The translations under genes were made by a program, and so were the position numbers. Positions 27,003 to 37,600 of a DNA stretch of 64,000 nucleotides are shown piece after piece. Each line of letters opens with the position of its first letter. The stretch's first letter is position 1. The DNA is taken from positions 1,540 to 65,539 of the forward strand of contig CALHXW010000018.1 of assembly GCA_938040325.1 (NCBI GenBank), in the 5' to 3' direction. The DNA comes from an uncultured bacterium (GTDB lineage Bacteria > Myxococcota_A > UBA9042 > PHBI01). The notes beneath the pieces were generated by a model. It searched no databases and was not told the DNA's origin. It worked only from the letters and a program-made list of their open reading frames with translations.

Positions 27003-27134
27003 GCGTCTGGTCTATCGCGAAGGTCGGGCCCTTTCCAGCAGCGCGAGAGGCGGACGGTCGGAGCCATTTGAATAGAGGGGTGTCGTCAGCGTCAGACCGC
27101 TGATCGACGCTTGCAACACGAAGATGAGGACACT

Positions 27135-27632
27135 ATGCGCACCATGATCTTAGCGGTAACGATCATGATCCTATCGAGCGGAGCTGCGCTCGCGGAGACC
27201 TCGCTCTTTGCCGGCGCAGGCGCACGCATGTCTGACAGCGGCACGTCAGCTGTTGGGGCCGTGAGGGCGTCGTTTGGGGTGGCACCGCTGGTGAGCTTGG
27301 CTGGCGAACTCCACGGTTACTTCGGCGGACCAAAGGATGCGCCTCAGGTGGATCTTGCGGGCGGCCACCTTGGACTCGTGGCCGACCTCCCAATCCCCGG
27401 ACCGATCGATATCGAGCTTGGGGGAAACCTTGGCTACCACGCGATGAGCGTGCTGCGTCATGGCATCGAGGACTCGGCGCTCACCCTCAACCTCGAGGTG
27501 GCGCTCGGCATGGGGCTTGGCCCGGCGGACCTTCGCGTCAGTTACAACCACGCGGTCTGGGCACTGAGCCCTGACACAGCGGCGCAGGCCATGACCGGTC
27601 AGCTCCTCGTGGCTATCGGGTTCAGCCTATAG
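27135..27632 (+). CDS. Small secreted Gly/Ala-rich protein, possible outer-membrane beta-strand protein
   Basis: Signal peptide MRTMILAVTIMILSSGAALA. Alternating hydrophobic pattern in ~145 mature residues. The start is ambiguous (three in-frame Met codons). Confidence 0.4.
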   Translation: MRTMILAVTIMILSSGAALAETSLFAGAGARMSDSGTSAVGAVRASFGVAPLVSLAGELHGYFGGPKDAPQVDLAGGHLGLVADLPIPGPIDIELGGNLGYHAMSVLRHGIEDSALTLNLEVALGMGLGPADLRVSYNHAVWALSPDTAAQAMTGQLLVAIGFSL

Positions 27633-27688
27633 CTGGCCGCCGTGTCACGTGCGTCCCACGGCCGAGCCCGCTTCGGACGAACGTTGCG

Positions 27689-28627
27689 CTAGCGAAAGAG
27701 CTCCGAGATCGACTCGCCATTGTGGATACGCTGGATGGCGCTGGCGAAGAGGTCAGCGACCGAGAGCACCGTAAACTTCTCCGACCACTTGCCCTGGAGT
27801 GGAATGGTGTCGGTGAAGACGCAGCGCTCGATGAGCGATGCGTCGAGGCGCGCGACAGCTTCTCCAGAGAGAACCGCGTGCGTGAACGCAGCCGTGACGC
27901 TTAGCGCGCCTTTTTCCTGCAAGAAGTTGGCAGCTTCGATCAGCGTGCCGCCGGTAGCGACCTCGTCATCGACAATGATGGCGTGCTTACCAGCTACGTC
28001 GCCAATGATATGAGCTGCCACGGCTCGCTCGTTGTCGTCGTAGCGGCGCTTGTCGATGATCGCCATTGGAAGGTTGGTCCGGTTCGCATAGCGGCCGACC
28101 TCTTTGGCTTCGCCTGCGTCGCCCGCGACCAAGACCGTGTTGGAGATGTCGGTCCGGTTCAGGAGGTCCACGATGATGGGAAACCCTTGAAGGTGGTCGA
28201 CGGGAATCCGGAAGAATCCCTGAATCTGCGGGGCATGGAGATCCATCGTGACGACGCGATCGGCACCTGCCGTCTCGAGCAGGTCGGCGATGAGCCGCGC
28301 CGTGATGGAGATGCGTGGCTTGTCCTTTTTATCTGACCGCACGTACGGCAGGTACGGAATGACCGCAGTGATCCGGCCCGCTGAGGCGCCCTTGAGCGCG
28401 TCGATGGTGACGAGCAGCTCGATCAGCCCTTCGTTTACGGGTGGCGCCGAGGTCTGGATGATGAAGACATCCGCTCCACGAACGTTCTCGTCGATCTGAA
28501 CCATCAGGTTTTCGTTCGAGAAACGAACGACGTGCGACTTACCGAGCGGTTGATCGAGGCGCTCGCAGATAGCCTTGGCCAGCTCTGGATGCGATCGGCC
28601 CGAGAAGATCTTTAGCGTCCCATTCAC
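27689..28627 (-). CDS. prs: Ribose-phosphate pyrophosphokinase (PRPP synthetase)
   Basis: Full-length Prs: MNGTLKIFSGRSHPELAKAI..., PRPP-binding loop DLHAPQIQGFF, divalent-cation/ribose-5-P motifs (AIIVDDEVATGGT). Confidence 0.95.
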   Translation of the reverse strand: MNGTLKIFSGRSHPELAKAICERLDQPLGKSHVVRFSNENLMVQIDENVRGADVFIIQTSAPPVNEGLIELLVTIDALKGASAGRITAVIPYLPYVRSDKKDKPRISITARLIADLLETAGADRVVTMDLHAPQIQGFFRIPVDHLQGFPIIVDLLNRTDISNTVLVAGDAGEAKEVGRYANRTNLPMAIIDKRRYDDNERAVAAHIIGDVAGKHAIIVDDEVATGGTLIEAANFLQEKGALSVTAAFTHAVLSGEAVARLDASLIERCVFTDTIPLQGKWSEKFTVLSVADLFASAIQRIHNGESISELFR

Positions 28628-29080
28628 ATCACACCTCCCGCCGCATCAGATACGAGCACGAGCTTGGGTGTGTCAATCGTCACCACGAGACGGGAGGTTG
28701 AGGACGTCGGGACATTGCCCGCTTGCCGAGCGACATGGTGCACGCCCGACGCAGGGTCGCCGGCCCGAGAGCTGTCGCCTGCCGCTAGCGCGCTCGACAG
28801 CGTCTTGGCGGGGTTGTGACCGGCCGAGCGAGGCGAGCCTAGCCGCCGGAGACTCGTCTGATCGGCGCTGGGACAGCCTTGCCTGCGCCGATCGCGAACC
28901 GACGCCGGATGAGAAAGCCGGCTGCAGCGTCGCGTCTTTGGCGGTTGTCGAGCAGCGGGGCGATTCAGATGCTTGACGCTTTGCGTCGCGACCACCTAAA
29001 GAATGCGGCGCGCGTGCGGGACGGCCTGCGAACGCGCCTGAATGGACGATTGGCAACTCAGCCGGAGGCGAACACGCCCG

Positions 29081-30253
29081 ATGAAGATTCACGAGCATCA
29101 AGGGAAAGACCTCTTTAAGCGTTTCGGCATTCCGGTGCCGCGCGGGCAGGTTGCGTTCAGCGTTGACGAGGCGGTCGCTGCGGCCGATGCACTCGGCGGC
29201 GACTTCTGGGTTGTGAAGGCCCAAATCCACGCCGGCGGGCGCGGTAAGGGCGGCGGCGTCAAGCTTGCTCGGTCCAAAGCCGAGGTTCGCGAGCTAGCGG
29301 GCGAGATCCTGGGGATGAACCTCATCACCCAGCAGACAGGACCTGAAGGCAAGATCGTCAAGCGCCTCTACATTGAGGAAGGCGCAGACATTCAGGACGA
29401 GCTGTACCTGGGCATGCTGGTGGACCGCGCCACGAACGCGGTCACGATCATGGTCAGCACGGAAGGCGGGACGGAGATCGAGGAGGTCGCCGAGCACAAC
29501 CCGTCAGCCATTCACAAGATCCACGTGAACGCCGCGACTGGCGTGCTTCCGTTCCAGGTGCGCAACGTCGCCAAGGCCATGGGGATGAGCGGCAAGCTCT
29601 CTCGGAGCCTGACGTCGTTTGTGCACAAGCTCTACACGTGCTTCACCGAGCTCGATTGCTCGATGGCTGAGATCAACCCGCTGATCGTGACTTCCGACCA
29701 GAAGGTTGTCGCGCTCGATGCCAAGCTCAGCTTCGACAGCAACGCGATGTTCCGTCACAAAGACCTCGCCGAGCTCCGTGACCTCTCCGAGGAGGAGCCG
29801 TCGGAGATCAAGGCTTCCGAGTTCGACCTCAGCTACATCAAGCTCGACGGCGACATCGGCTGCCTCGTTAACGGCGCCGGCTTGGCGATGGCCACCATGG
29901 ACATCCTCAAGCACTGCGGCGGCGAGCCCGCCAACTTCCTCGACGTCGGCGGCTCAGCCACGACCGAGCGGGTCACTGAGGCCTTCAAGATCCTCATCGG
30001 CGACAACGTCAACGCGATCTTCGTCAACATCTTTGGCGGGATCATGAAGTGCGACACGATCGCCAACGGCCTGATCGCAGCCCACAAGACGCTGGGGCTG
30101 AAGGTGCCGCTCATCGTGAGACTCGAAGGAACCAACGTCGAGCTCGGCAAGACCATCCTCCGCGAGAGTGGACTGACGATCTTGGCCGCGGACTCGATGG
30201 CGGATGGCGCCGTCAAGGCCGTCGACGCAGCACGTAAACACCGAGAGGGGTAG
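29081..30253 (+). CDS. sucC: Succinyl-CoA ligase (ADP-forming) beta subunit
   Basis: [22 protein letters not shown]... ATP-grasp N-domain and CoA-ligase C-domain. GGAGG SD upstream of ATG 29081. Followed by sucD. Confidence 0.95.
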   Translation: MKIHEHQGKDLFKRFGIPVPRGQVAFSVDEAVAAADALGGDFWVVKAQIHAGGRGKGGGVKLARSKAEVRELAGEILGMNLITQQTGPEGKIVKRLYIEEGADIQDELYLGMLVDRATNAVTIMVSTEGGTEIEEVAEHNPSAIHKIHVNAATGVLPFQVRNVAKAMGMSGKLSRSLTSFVHKLYTCFTELDCSMAEINPLIVTSDQKVVALDAKLSFDSNAMFRHKDLAELRDLSEEEPSEIKASEFDLSYIKLDGDIGCLVNGAGLAMATMDILKHCGGEPANFLDVGGSATTERVTEAFKILIGDNVNAIFVNIFGGIMKCDTIANGLIAAHKTLGLKVPLIVRLEGTNVELGKTILRESGLTILAADSMADGAVKAVDAARKHREG

Positions 30254-30260
30254 GGCAGAC

Positions 30261-31130
30261 ATGGCGATCTTCGTAAACGAGCACACGCGCCTTGTTGTTC
30301 AAGGCATCACCGGCAGCGCCGGCGGTTTCCATACCCAGCAGATGGTGGCTTACGGCACCAAGGTTGTCGCGGGCGTCACGCCTGGGAAGGGCGGTCAGTC
30401 CTTCGAAGGCATCCCCGTCATGGACACGGTCGCGGAAGCCGTTGCCGAGCACGGTGCGAACGCAAGCGTCATCTACGTGCCACCGCCCTTCGCGGCCGAT
30501 GCCATCATGGAAGCGGCGGCCGCAGGCGTCGAGCTGATCGTGGCGATCACTGAGGGAATCCCAGTGCTCGACATGATGAAGGTGAAGGTCTTCCTGCGAG
30601 ACTACCCGAACGCACGCCTTGTTGGTCCGAACTGTCCAGGCGTCATCAGCCCGGGCAAGGCCAAGATCGGCATCATGCCTGGCCACATTCACCTCCCCGG
30701 CCGTGTCGGCGTGGTGAGTCGCTCCGGCACGCTCACGTACGAGGCGGTCGGACAGCTGTCGGCGCTCAACATCGGTCAGTCGACCTGCGTCGGCATCGGT
30801 GGCGACCCGATCAACGGCACCAACTTCATCGACACGCTCAGTGCGTTCCAGGCCGACGCTGACACCGACGCGGTCATCATGATTGGTGAGATCGGCGGCA
30901 GCGCCGAGGAAGAGGCGGCAGCGTGGATCGCCGAGAACTTCACCAAGCCGATCGTTGGCTTCATCGCAGGCAAGACGGCCCCTCCTGGCAAGCGAATGGG
31001 CCATGCAGGCGCCATCATCAGCGGTGGTAAGGGCACGGCGAGCGAGAAGGTCGCCGCGCTTGAGGCTGCTGGCGTGAAGGTTGCTCCGAACCCGTCCGAG
31101 ATGGGCACAACGCTCAAGACGCTGCTCTAG
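30261..31130 (+). CDS. sucD: Succinyl-CoA ligase alpha subunit
   Basis: [21 protein letters not shown]... with the phospho-His loop ([15 protein letters not shown]). Starts 8 nt after the sucC stop. Confidence 0.95.
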   Translation: MAIFVNEHTRLVVQGITGSAGGFHTQQMVAYGTKVVAGVTPGKGGQSFEGIPVMDTVAEAVAEHGANASVIYVPPPFAADAIMEAAAAGVELIVAITEGIPVLDMMKVKVFLRDYPNARLVGPNCPGVISPGKAKIGIMPGHIHLPGRVGVVSRSGTLTYEAVGQLSALNIGQSTCVGIGGDPINGTNFIDTLSAFQADADTDAVIMIGEIGGSAEEEAAAWIAENFTKPIVGFIAGKTAPPGKRMGHAGAIISGGKGTASEKVAALEAAGVKVAPNPSEMGTTLKTLL

Positions 31131-31141
31131 AGCGGTGTCTC

Positions 31142-31174
31142 CTGCCCGTCATTTCAGGCGGGCAGCTCGTTTCT
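31142..31174 (+). terminator. Rho-independent terminator after sucD
   Basis: ctgcccg-tcatttcag-cgggcag perfect 7-bp stem, followed by a T-rich run (ctcgtttct), 12 nt after the sucD stop. Confidence 0.55.
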
Positions 31175-31245
31175 ACGAGGGTCGCCACCACGAACGGTCG
31201 CGGCATCCTCACGTCCGATTGAACCCCGAGTCCTAGGAGAACACT

Positions 31246-31665
31246 ATGGCTGTCGAGCAGACTTTCGCCATCATCAAGCCGGACGCCGTTGGCGCCGGGA
31301 ACGCTGGCAACATCATCCAGATGATCGAAGACAATGGCTTCAACATCGTGTGCATGAAGAAGACCCGGCTGACCACCGCGCAAGCCCAAGGCTTCTACCA
31401 TGTCCACAGCGAGCGCCCCTTCTTCGGCGAGCTCGTCGAGTTCATGACGTCGGGACCCTGCGTCGTCCTGATGCTCGAGGCCGAAGGCGCGATCTCGAAG
31501 TGGCGTGACCTGATGGGGCCGACCGACGCGACGAAGGCCGGTCCGGACACCGTCCGCGGCCGCTACGGTACGGACATCGGTCGCAACGCATCCCATGGCT
31601 CGGACGCGCCAGAAACGGCTGCGTTTGAGACCCAATACTTCTTCAACTGCTTCGAGCGGCTGTAG
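31246..31665 (+). CDS. ndk: Nucleoside diphosphate kinase
   Basis: MAVEQTFAIIKPDAV...NIIHGSD-type active site (NASHGSDAPETAAFE), 139 aa. Confidence 0.95.
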   Translation: MAVEQTFAIIKPDAVGAGNAGNIIQMIEDNGFNIVCMKKTRLTTAQAQGFYHVHSERPFFGELVEFMTSGPCVVLMLEAEGAISKWRDLMGPTDATKAGPDTVRGRYGTDIGRNASHGSDAPETAAFETQYFFNCFERL

Positions 31666-31674
31666 AGTAGGGGC

Positions 31675-32775
31675 GTGAGTGAGCGTTTGCCGATCGCGCC
31701 GCGTGCCGGATCGGCAGCGCGCACCAAGATCGAGGCGGACCCACGCGTCGACTTGAAGTCGATGCCGCGGGAACGGCTCGGTCTTTGGTTTAAGGAAGAG
31801 CTGGGAGAGCCGCGCTATCGCGCCGACCAGGTGTTTAGCTGGCTCCACCAGAAGCGTGTCCGCTCGTTTTCGGACATGACGAACCTGTCGAAGGCCTTGC
31901 GCGGGCGCCTCGACGAGGTTGCACGTATCGGTGGCCTCACACTGGAAGAGGTCAAGGTCGCCAAGGACGGCACGCGGAAGCTGCTGCTGGCGACTGCGGC
32001 TGGGGACCTCATCGAGACGGTCATCATTCCCATGGAAGACCGCCTGACGCAGTGCATCTCGTCGCAGGTTGGCTGCAAGATCGGCTGTGACTTCTGCCTA
32101 ACGGCGCGCATGCCGCTGCGTCGGCATCTCGCGGCAAGCGAGATCGTCGACCAAGTGCTGTGGGCTCAGGAAGTCATCGGCGAGGGCAAGTCCATCAACA
32201 ACCTCGTGTACATGGGGATGGGCGAGCCACTCGACAACTACTCGAACGTGTTGGCGTCCCTCAAGACGCTGACCGATGAGCAGGGGCTCCACATGGGGAC
32301 CAAGCGCATCACGGTGTCCACAAGCGGCGTCGTGCCGAAGATCGCCAAGCTTGGTGCCGACATCAAAGTCAACCTCGCCGTGAGCCTGAACGCGACGACC
32401 GACGCGCAACGAACCGCTCTGATTCCAATCAACAAGGTCTGGAACATCGAGACCTTGATGGCGGCGCTGCGCGCCTTTCCGTTGCCACCGCGACGCCGGA
32501 TTACCGTCGAGTACGTGATGCTCGCGGGCTTCAACGACAGCCTTGAGGACGCAGTGCGCCTGACGCGCTTGCTGCGTGGGTTGCGCTGCAAGGTCAACCT
32601 CATTCCGTTCAACCCGTGGCCAGGCTCGGTCTACAAGCGGCCCGCTGCCGACCACGTCGACCGGTTCGCCGTGGTCCTGAGGGACGCTGACTACACGGTG
32701 ACGGTGCGTTACTCAAAGGGCGAGGACATCGGAGCCGCCTGCGGCCAGCTCGACGGCGCACCGCAAGCGGCGTAG
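31675..32775 (+). CDS. rlmN: 23S rRNA/tRNA (adenine-C2)-methyltransferase, radical SAM
   Basis: Radical-SAM CxxxCxxC (GCKIGCDFC). RlmN-specific C-terminal Cys and conserved blocks (MGMGEPLDN, ITVSTSG, EYVMLAGFNDS). GTG start. Confidence 0.9.
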   Translation: MSERLPIAPRAGSAARTKIEADPRVDLKSMPRERLGLWFKEELGEPRYRADQVFSWLHQKRVRSFSDMTNLSKALRGRLDEVARIGGLTLEEVKVAKDGTRKLLLATAAGDLIETVIIPMEDRLTQCISSQVGCKIGCDFCLTARMPLRRHLAASEIVDQVLWAQEVIGEGKSINNLVYMGMGEPLDNYSNVLASLKTLTDEQGLHMGTKRITVSTSGVVPKIAKLGADIKVNLAVSLNATTDAQRTALIPINKVWNIETLMAALRAFPLPPRRRITVEYVMLAGFNDSLEDAVRLTRLLRGLRCKVNLIPFNPWPGSVYKRPAADHVDRFAVVLRDADYTVTVRYSKGEDIGAACGQLDGAPQAA

Positions 32776-32856
32776 GCCAAAGAGACCGGTCGCTTCGTTC
32801 AGTGCGGCCGAACGGTTCCGCTTAAGCCACAGCGCGGAGCGACCTCCCAAGTCCTC

Positions 32857-33327
32857 TCAGCTGTTGCGGGAACCCTTGAGTTGGCGCCACTCGGACTCGA
32901 CGTCCGGACGCTCGCCCCGAAGCCAAGCGTCTGCCGCTTCGTCCAAGAAGCGGTTGCGGGCGTCGCCTCGCGCCACGACCTCGACGTCGCCAAACCGATG
33001 AGGCTGCCAGTCCAACGGGAGCAGGAGCTCGCGTCGGCTTCGGGTGTACTCGCCGAGGTACCAGTCGAGGAAGTCCAGACACAGCTCAAGCGCTTGGTCG
33101 AGCGACATCCCTTTGTACTTGGAGCGCTGCACGCCTGCCTGCATCTGGTACTCGAACGTCTGGTCGTGGCGCTTGAGCACCAGTGTTGCAGTGACCGCAT
33201 CTCCCGCGACAGCTGCCGTGACAGAGAGCGACTCGTCGTTGGGCGATATTCGATGCTTTTCGGTCAGTAGCGAGACGACCTTGTTGCGTTGGTCGACGTC
33301 GAAGTTCAGCGTATCCATATTCTCCAC
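32857..33327 (-). CDS. Hypothetical protein (156 aa)
   Basis: Protein-like composition and codon usage. No recognisable motif. Confidence 0.35.
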   Translation of the reverse strand: MENMDTLNFDVDQRNKVVSLLTEKHRISPNDESLSVTAAVAGDAVTATLVLKRHDQTFEYQMQAGVQRSKYKGMSLDQALELCLDFLDWYLGEYTRSRRELLLPLDWQPHRFGDVEVVARGDARNRFLDEAADAWLRGERPDVESEWRQLKGSRNS

Positions 33328-33399
33328 CGGGTCACTCGCGCGATCGTTGCACGCGAGCTAAAACATACCTACACGAGCCCGTCGCCGAAAAGCCCAAAG

Positions 33400-34536
33400 A
33401 TGTCGTCTCATCGCTGGCGCGACGTACCTCGCTCAGCGCGATGGTGGCGGGCAACTGACGTGTTCTCGCACCTCCTAGGAGTCAAAGTGAACTCAACTGT
33501 GTCGATGTGGCTCGGGATTACGTTTGTTGGCTTGGGACTGGTGGCGGTTGTCCTGCAGGCGTGGTTGTGGCGCTTCCCGATGGTGCCTGACCCGGGGGGA
33601 CCAGACCCAAACGGGAAGTCGACAGCACCGAGGCGGTGGGTTCAGGTCCATCGCGTCGTCGGACTCGCGTTCGTCGTGATCTACGTCATCATGATGATCG
33701 ACATGGTGCCGCGGCTCTGGCGCTATCAAGTGGAGCTCCCGGCCCGCACGATTGTTCATGCGTGCATGGGCATCACCATCGGCGTTTTGCTTGTGACCAA
33801 GATTGCGATCATTCGATGGTTTCAGCACTTCGGCAAGGCCCTGCCGAGCATCGGCTTCGGCATCATGCTCTGCACTGTGATCCTTGCGGTGCTCTCGATC
33901 CCGTATGCGCTGCGTGCTCACGACTTCGGGACGGCCACGACGCCTGAGGGACTTGCGCGGGTCGAGCGCTTGATGACCGGGCTTGAGCTCGACAAGCCGC
34001 CTGCCTCCTACGCGACAGCAGAAGCTCTAGCGCAAGGCCGCTCCGTGCTGACGCGCAAGTGCGTGGTCTGCCACGACCTCCGGACCATCCTTCGCAAGCC
34101 GTACACGCCCAAAGGGTGGCACCGGGTTGTCGACCGGATGCTGCTCAAGCCGCAGTTCGACAGTCCGCTCGTTGTTGAGGACGTCGGGCCTGTGACGGCC
34201 TACCTCGTCGCTATCACCCCGGACATCCGCGACAGCGTGAAGCAAAAGCGCGACGACACGATCAGCACCGCCGGACGCGTCGCCGCGGTGGAGGAAAAAC
34301 CGGCTGCCAAAGAGCCGAAAGCGTGGACCAAGGAAGAGCTCGTAGCTGCAAAAGAGATGTACGAGACTGAGTGCTCTCAGTGCCACGAGCTTGAGGACGT
34401 CGACCTAGCGGCGCCGCTGGACACGAAGGGTTGGCGCGAGGTCGTCGTCAGGATGGTGAGCGAGTACGACGCTGAGTTCGATCCGGAGACCATCGAGACC
34501 ATCTCGCGTTACCTCGGCGAGACGAAGGGCAAGTAG
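33400..34536 (+). CDS. Membrane-anchored di-haem c-type cytochrome domain protein
   Basis: Four to five N-terminal TM helices, then two CxxCH haem-c motifs (CVVCHDL, CSQCHEL), each in a ~100-aa unit with KGWxxVVxRM. The start is trimmed to ATG 33400 to avoid overlap with the upstream minus-strand gene. Confidence 0.6.
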   Translation: MSSHRWRDVPRSARWWRATDVFSHLLGVKVNSTVSMWLGITFVGLGLVAVVLQAWLWRFPMVPDPGGPDPNGKSTAPRRWVQVHRVVGLAFVVIYVIMMIDMVPRLWRYQVELPARTIVHACMGITIGVLLVTKIAIIRWFQHFGKALPSIGFGIMLCTVILAVLSIPYALRAHDFGTATTPEGLARVERLMTGLELDKPPASYATAEALAQGRSVLTRKCVVCHDLRTILRKPYTPKGWHRVVDRMLLKPQFDSPLVVEDVGPVTAYLVAITPDIRDSVKQKRDDTISTAGRVAAVEEKPAAKEPKAWTKEELVAAKEMYETECSQCHELEDVDLAAPLDTKGWREVVVRMVSEYDAEFDPETIETISRYLGETKGK

Positions 34537-34617
34537 GTCGAGGCCGACGACTCGGAGAGGTGCCGGTCGTTGCCGACAGCTCCGACGTTCCAGCTGGATG
34601 TGGCAGCCAGCGGCCCG

Positions 34618-37600
34618 TCACGCGCCGAGGCGGCCTTCGATGATGCGCAGTTCCTCGACCATCTCGCCGCGCGTAGCGATGTCCTGAGCACGCGCCAAGC
34701 TCTGCTGAGCGAACCCTGGCTGCCCGGAGCGTCGCTCGCACTCGCTGAGCGTCATCAAGATGTCGCACAGGTCTTTGTCGCTCACGCCCAAGCTGTCGTA
34801 CGTCGCGACCGCTTCACGCAAGAACGTGATGGCGTCATCAAGCCGCCCAAGGGCTGACTGCGCGCTGCCCATGGTCTTGAGCGTGCCTGCTGCTCCCAGG
34901 AAGTCGCCGCACGAGCCGAAGATGTCCCGAGCCCGAAACGCGAGCTCCACGGCTTGATCGGGTTGGTCCATGGCGAGGGCCACGCGCGCAAGCGCTGCGA
35001 CGCTCGACGCGATGCCGTGGCGGTCGCCAAGGTCCTCGCGGATGCGCAGTGCGCGTTCCAGGTACGGGCGGGCTTCGATGCGCCGTCCTTGCGCCATCAG
35101 CGCTTTGGCAATGGCTCCCAGGGCCTGGCTGACGCCCGTGCGATCATCGAAGCGGTCGAAGATCTCAAGCGCGTTGTTGGCCGAGTCGAGCGCGAACTTG
35201 TAGTCGGAGCGGGCGAGGGCGGCGACTGCCAGGTTGTACTGGCCTTTGGCGAGGGCTCGGCCTTCACCGAGCTTCTTGTAGAGATCGACCGCGCGGCGCA
35301 GCTGTCGTAGCGCCTCACCATGCTCTTTCTGAGCGAGAGCCAACATGCCGAGCCGGGTATAGGTCTCAGCAAGCCCAGCCCGATCGCGTTTCTGGGTGAA
35401 GGTGCGCCTGGCTGCTTGGTACCCAGCCAGCGCGTCGTCGATCGCACCGCGGCTCTCAAGGCTTGTCGCACGCTTCAGCTCGCACCAGGCCGCATGAACC
35501 TCCAAGCCGAGCCCGAGGAAGCGATCGCGCGCGACCCGGAACATCTCCGCAGCCGTGCCGTACTCGGCGAGTGCGTCCTGAACCTCGGCGAGACCGCGCT
35601 CGGCGTGGGCGACGCCTGCCTCGTCTTCGTCTTCGATGGCCCGCTGGAAGAGCGCCGCGTAGCTCTCCGCAGCCTGCTCGAAGAGTCCGAGGTCATAGTG
35701 CAGCTGGGCCAGCTGCGTGAGGATCTGTGGCTCGGCCTCTGCCGCCGTGTCGGCCTCGTCACCGGCGCCTGCGGCCGTCAGCGTACGGCTGAGGTCCAGG
35801 GCCTTGGTGAAGGCTTGCAGTGCGACCTCGGTGGCGTCGTTTTGAAGGGCCTCATTGCCCTGCAGCATCCGGTACTCGAGCGCAGCAGCGATGTTGTCGG
35901 AGGCCTCGAAGTGGACCGCGAGTGCTTCGGAGTGTTCAGCAGTTGAGGTTTCGTCGGCACGCGAAGCGATCTCGACGGCAATCACACCGTGGAGCTTCTT
36001 CAGCGCCCGTCGGCTACGAATCCGACCGATCACGATCTCGCGAAGCAAGCCGTTGTCGAACTGAAGGTTCCTACCGTCATTGGTCTCGTGCAGCATCGCC
36101 GCGTCGATAAGGTCATCGACGGTGTCCTCGAGCGCGTCGAGCATGTCGTCGCGGCCTTCACGTGCCAGACAACCTTCCACGAGGTCGAGGTCAAACGAGT
36201 AGCCGATGAGCGCAGCCCTCCGAAGGATCTCTCGGGAGAGCTTCGGGTTGGGCATCGCTTCGAGCGCGGTCGTCAGCGTTCGCTCTGTCTGGTCGACCAG
36301 CTCTCCGGGCAGCGCGCTCAGCTGCGCCCGTTCCGACAGCGGGTTCCAGAGGCGTGCCTCCCGGAACCTGTCCGGATCGGACTCCATCTGGCGGACGAGT
36401 CGCTCGGCAACGCTTGGGTTGCCGCCGCTGAGGTAGTGGAGATAGTCGGAGATCTGGGTGTAGACCTTGCCGAGCACTCGAAGGAACTTCTTAAACTCGC
36501 TCTTGCCGAGGCGACCGAGCGGCACCAGCTCGTGGGTGTCTCGCTCAGGCTCACCACGCCAGCCGACCTTCTGCAGGATACCCGCGAGCCCAGCGTGTTT
36601 CGCGATCCCGCGTGTCTCGATGGAGAGCATGACGCAAATGCGTGCCGGTGTGCTGGCTAAAGTACCGGCGAGATGCTCCAAGAACCGAATCGTGCGCTCG
36701 TCGGCGCCACTGGTGACGCCAAGATCGAGGACGACGGGCCGCTGCTTGCTAAACCGCACCAGCAGGCGCTGAAGCGCGGCGAAGAGCAGCGGGGTGGCGA
36801 CGGGCCTTCGTCCTGGATCGAGCGACGGCCGGAGGAAGTCGGTGAGCGCGTTGATGATGTCGGGCTCGACCTGCTCGGAGAACGCCGGATGTGCAGCGAG
36901 ATGTTCGCGGACCTGCGGCCGTTCCAGGATCGCCACCCCCAGCATGTGCTCGATGGCGCCACGGATGGCCGGCATCTCGCCGCCTGGCGAGTTGCTGCTA
37001 TAGCCCCTTGAAACCTGCGCTTTGTGGCTGCGCTGTGCGTGCCGCAAGAGCCACTTGACGAGCCGCCCCTTGCCAACGCCACGCTCACCAGCCACCCAGA
37101 TGAAGCGTCCTCGCTGCAGCGAGAACGCGCTGTCGATCACCTTCTGAGCGTTCGCTGCCTCGCGGGGGCGCGCGAGCATCTGAGGGAACTGCGTGCTGGC
37201 AGCTTCGTGAACCGTGCGAAGGCCCATGGGGGGAGTCGGGAAGGCCTCGGCTCGCTCACCTAGGGCCTGTTGCGTGTCTTGTTGCGGTCGCTCGGGAGCT
37301 GGACTGGGCGTCCCCGGCACGCGACGAAGGGTCGGATCGTCGGCCGACATCTGATCGAGGAGCTCTTCCAACGCTTCCCGCACGCTGATCGCGCTCTGGA
37401 AGCGATCTTCTTTCCGCTTCTCAAGCAGCCGGTCGATCAACGCGCTGAGCTTGGGATCGATCTCGACGCCGGTGTCGACCTCGGCGACCGGGGTCGGCGA
37501 CTCGTGGACTTGCTTGTAGAGAAGCTCGAGCGGGTTGTCGTCGTCGAATGGCACCTTACCGGTCAACATCTCGTAGAGCATGATGCCTAGTGCGTAGAGG

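Noticed and set aside
28628-29080. 450-bp gap between divergent prs and sucC as a possible riboswitch or sRNA locus
   Set aside because: I found no recognisable riboswitch consensus, tRNA-like cloverleaf or strong terminator hairpin by eye. It is probably two divergent promoters with long leaders. A covariance-model scan would be needed.
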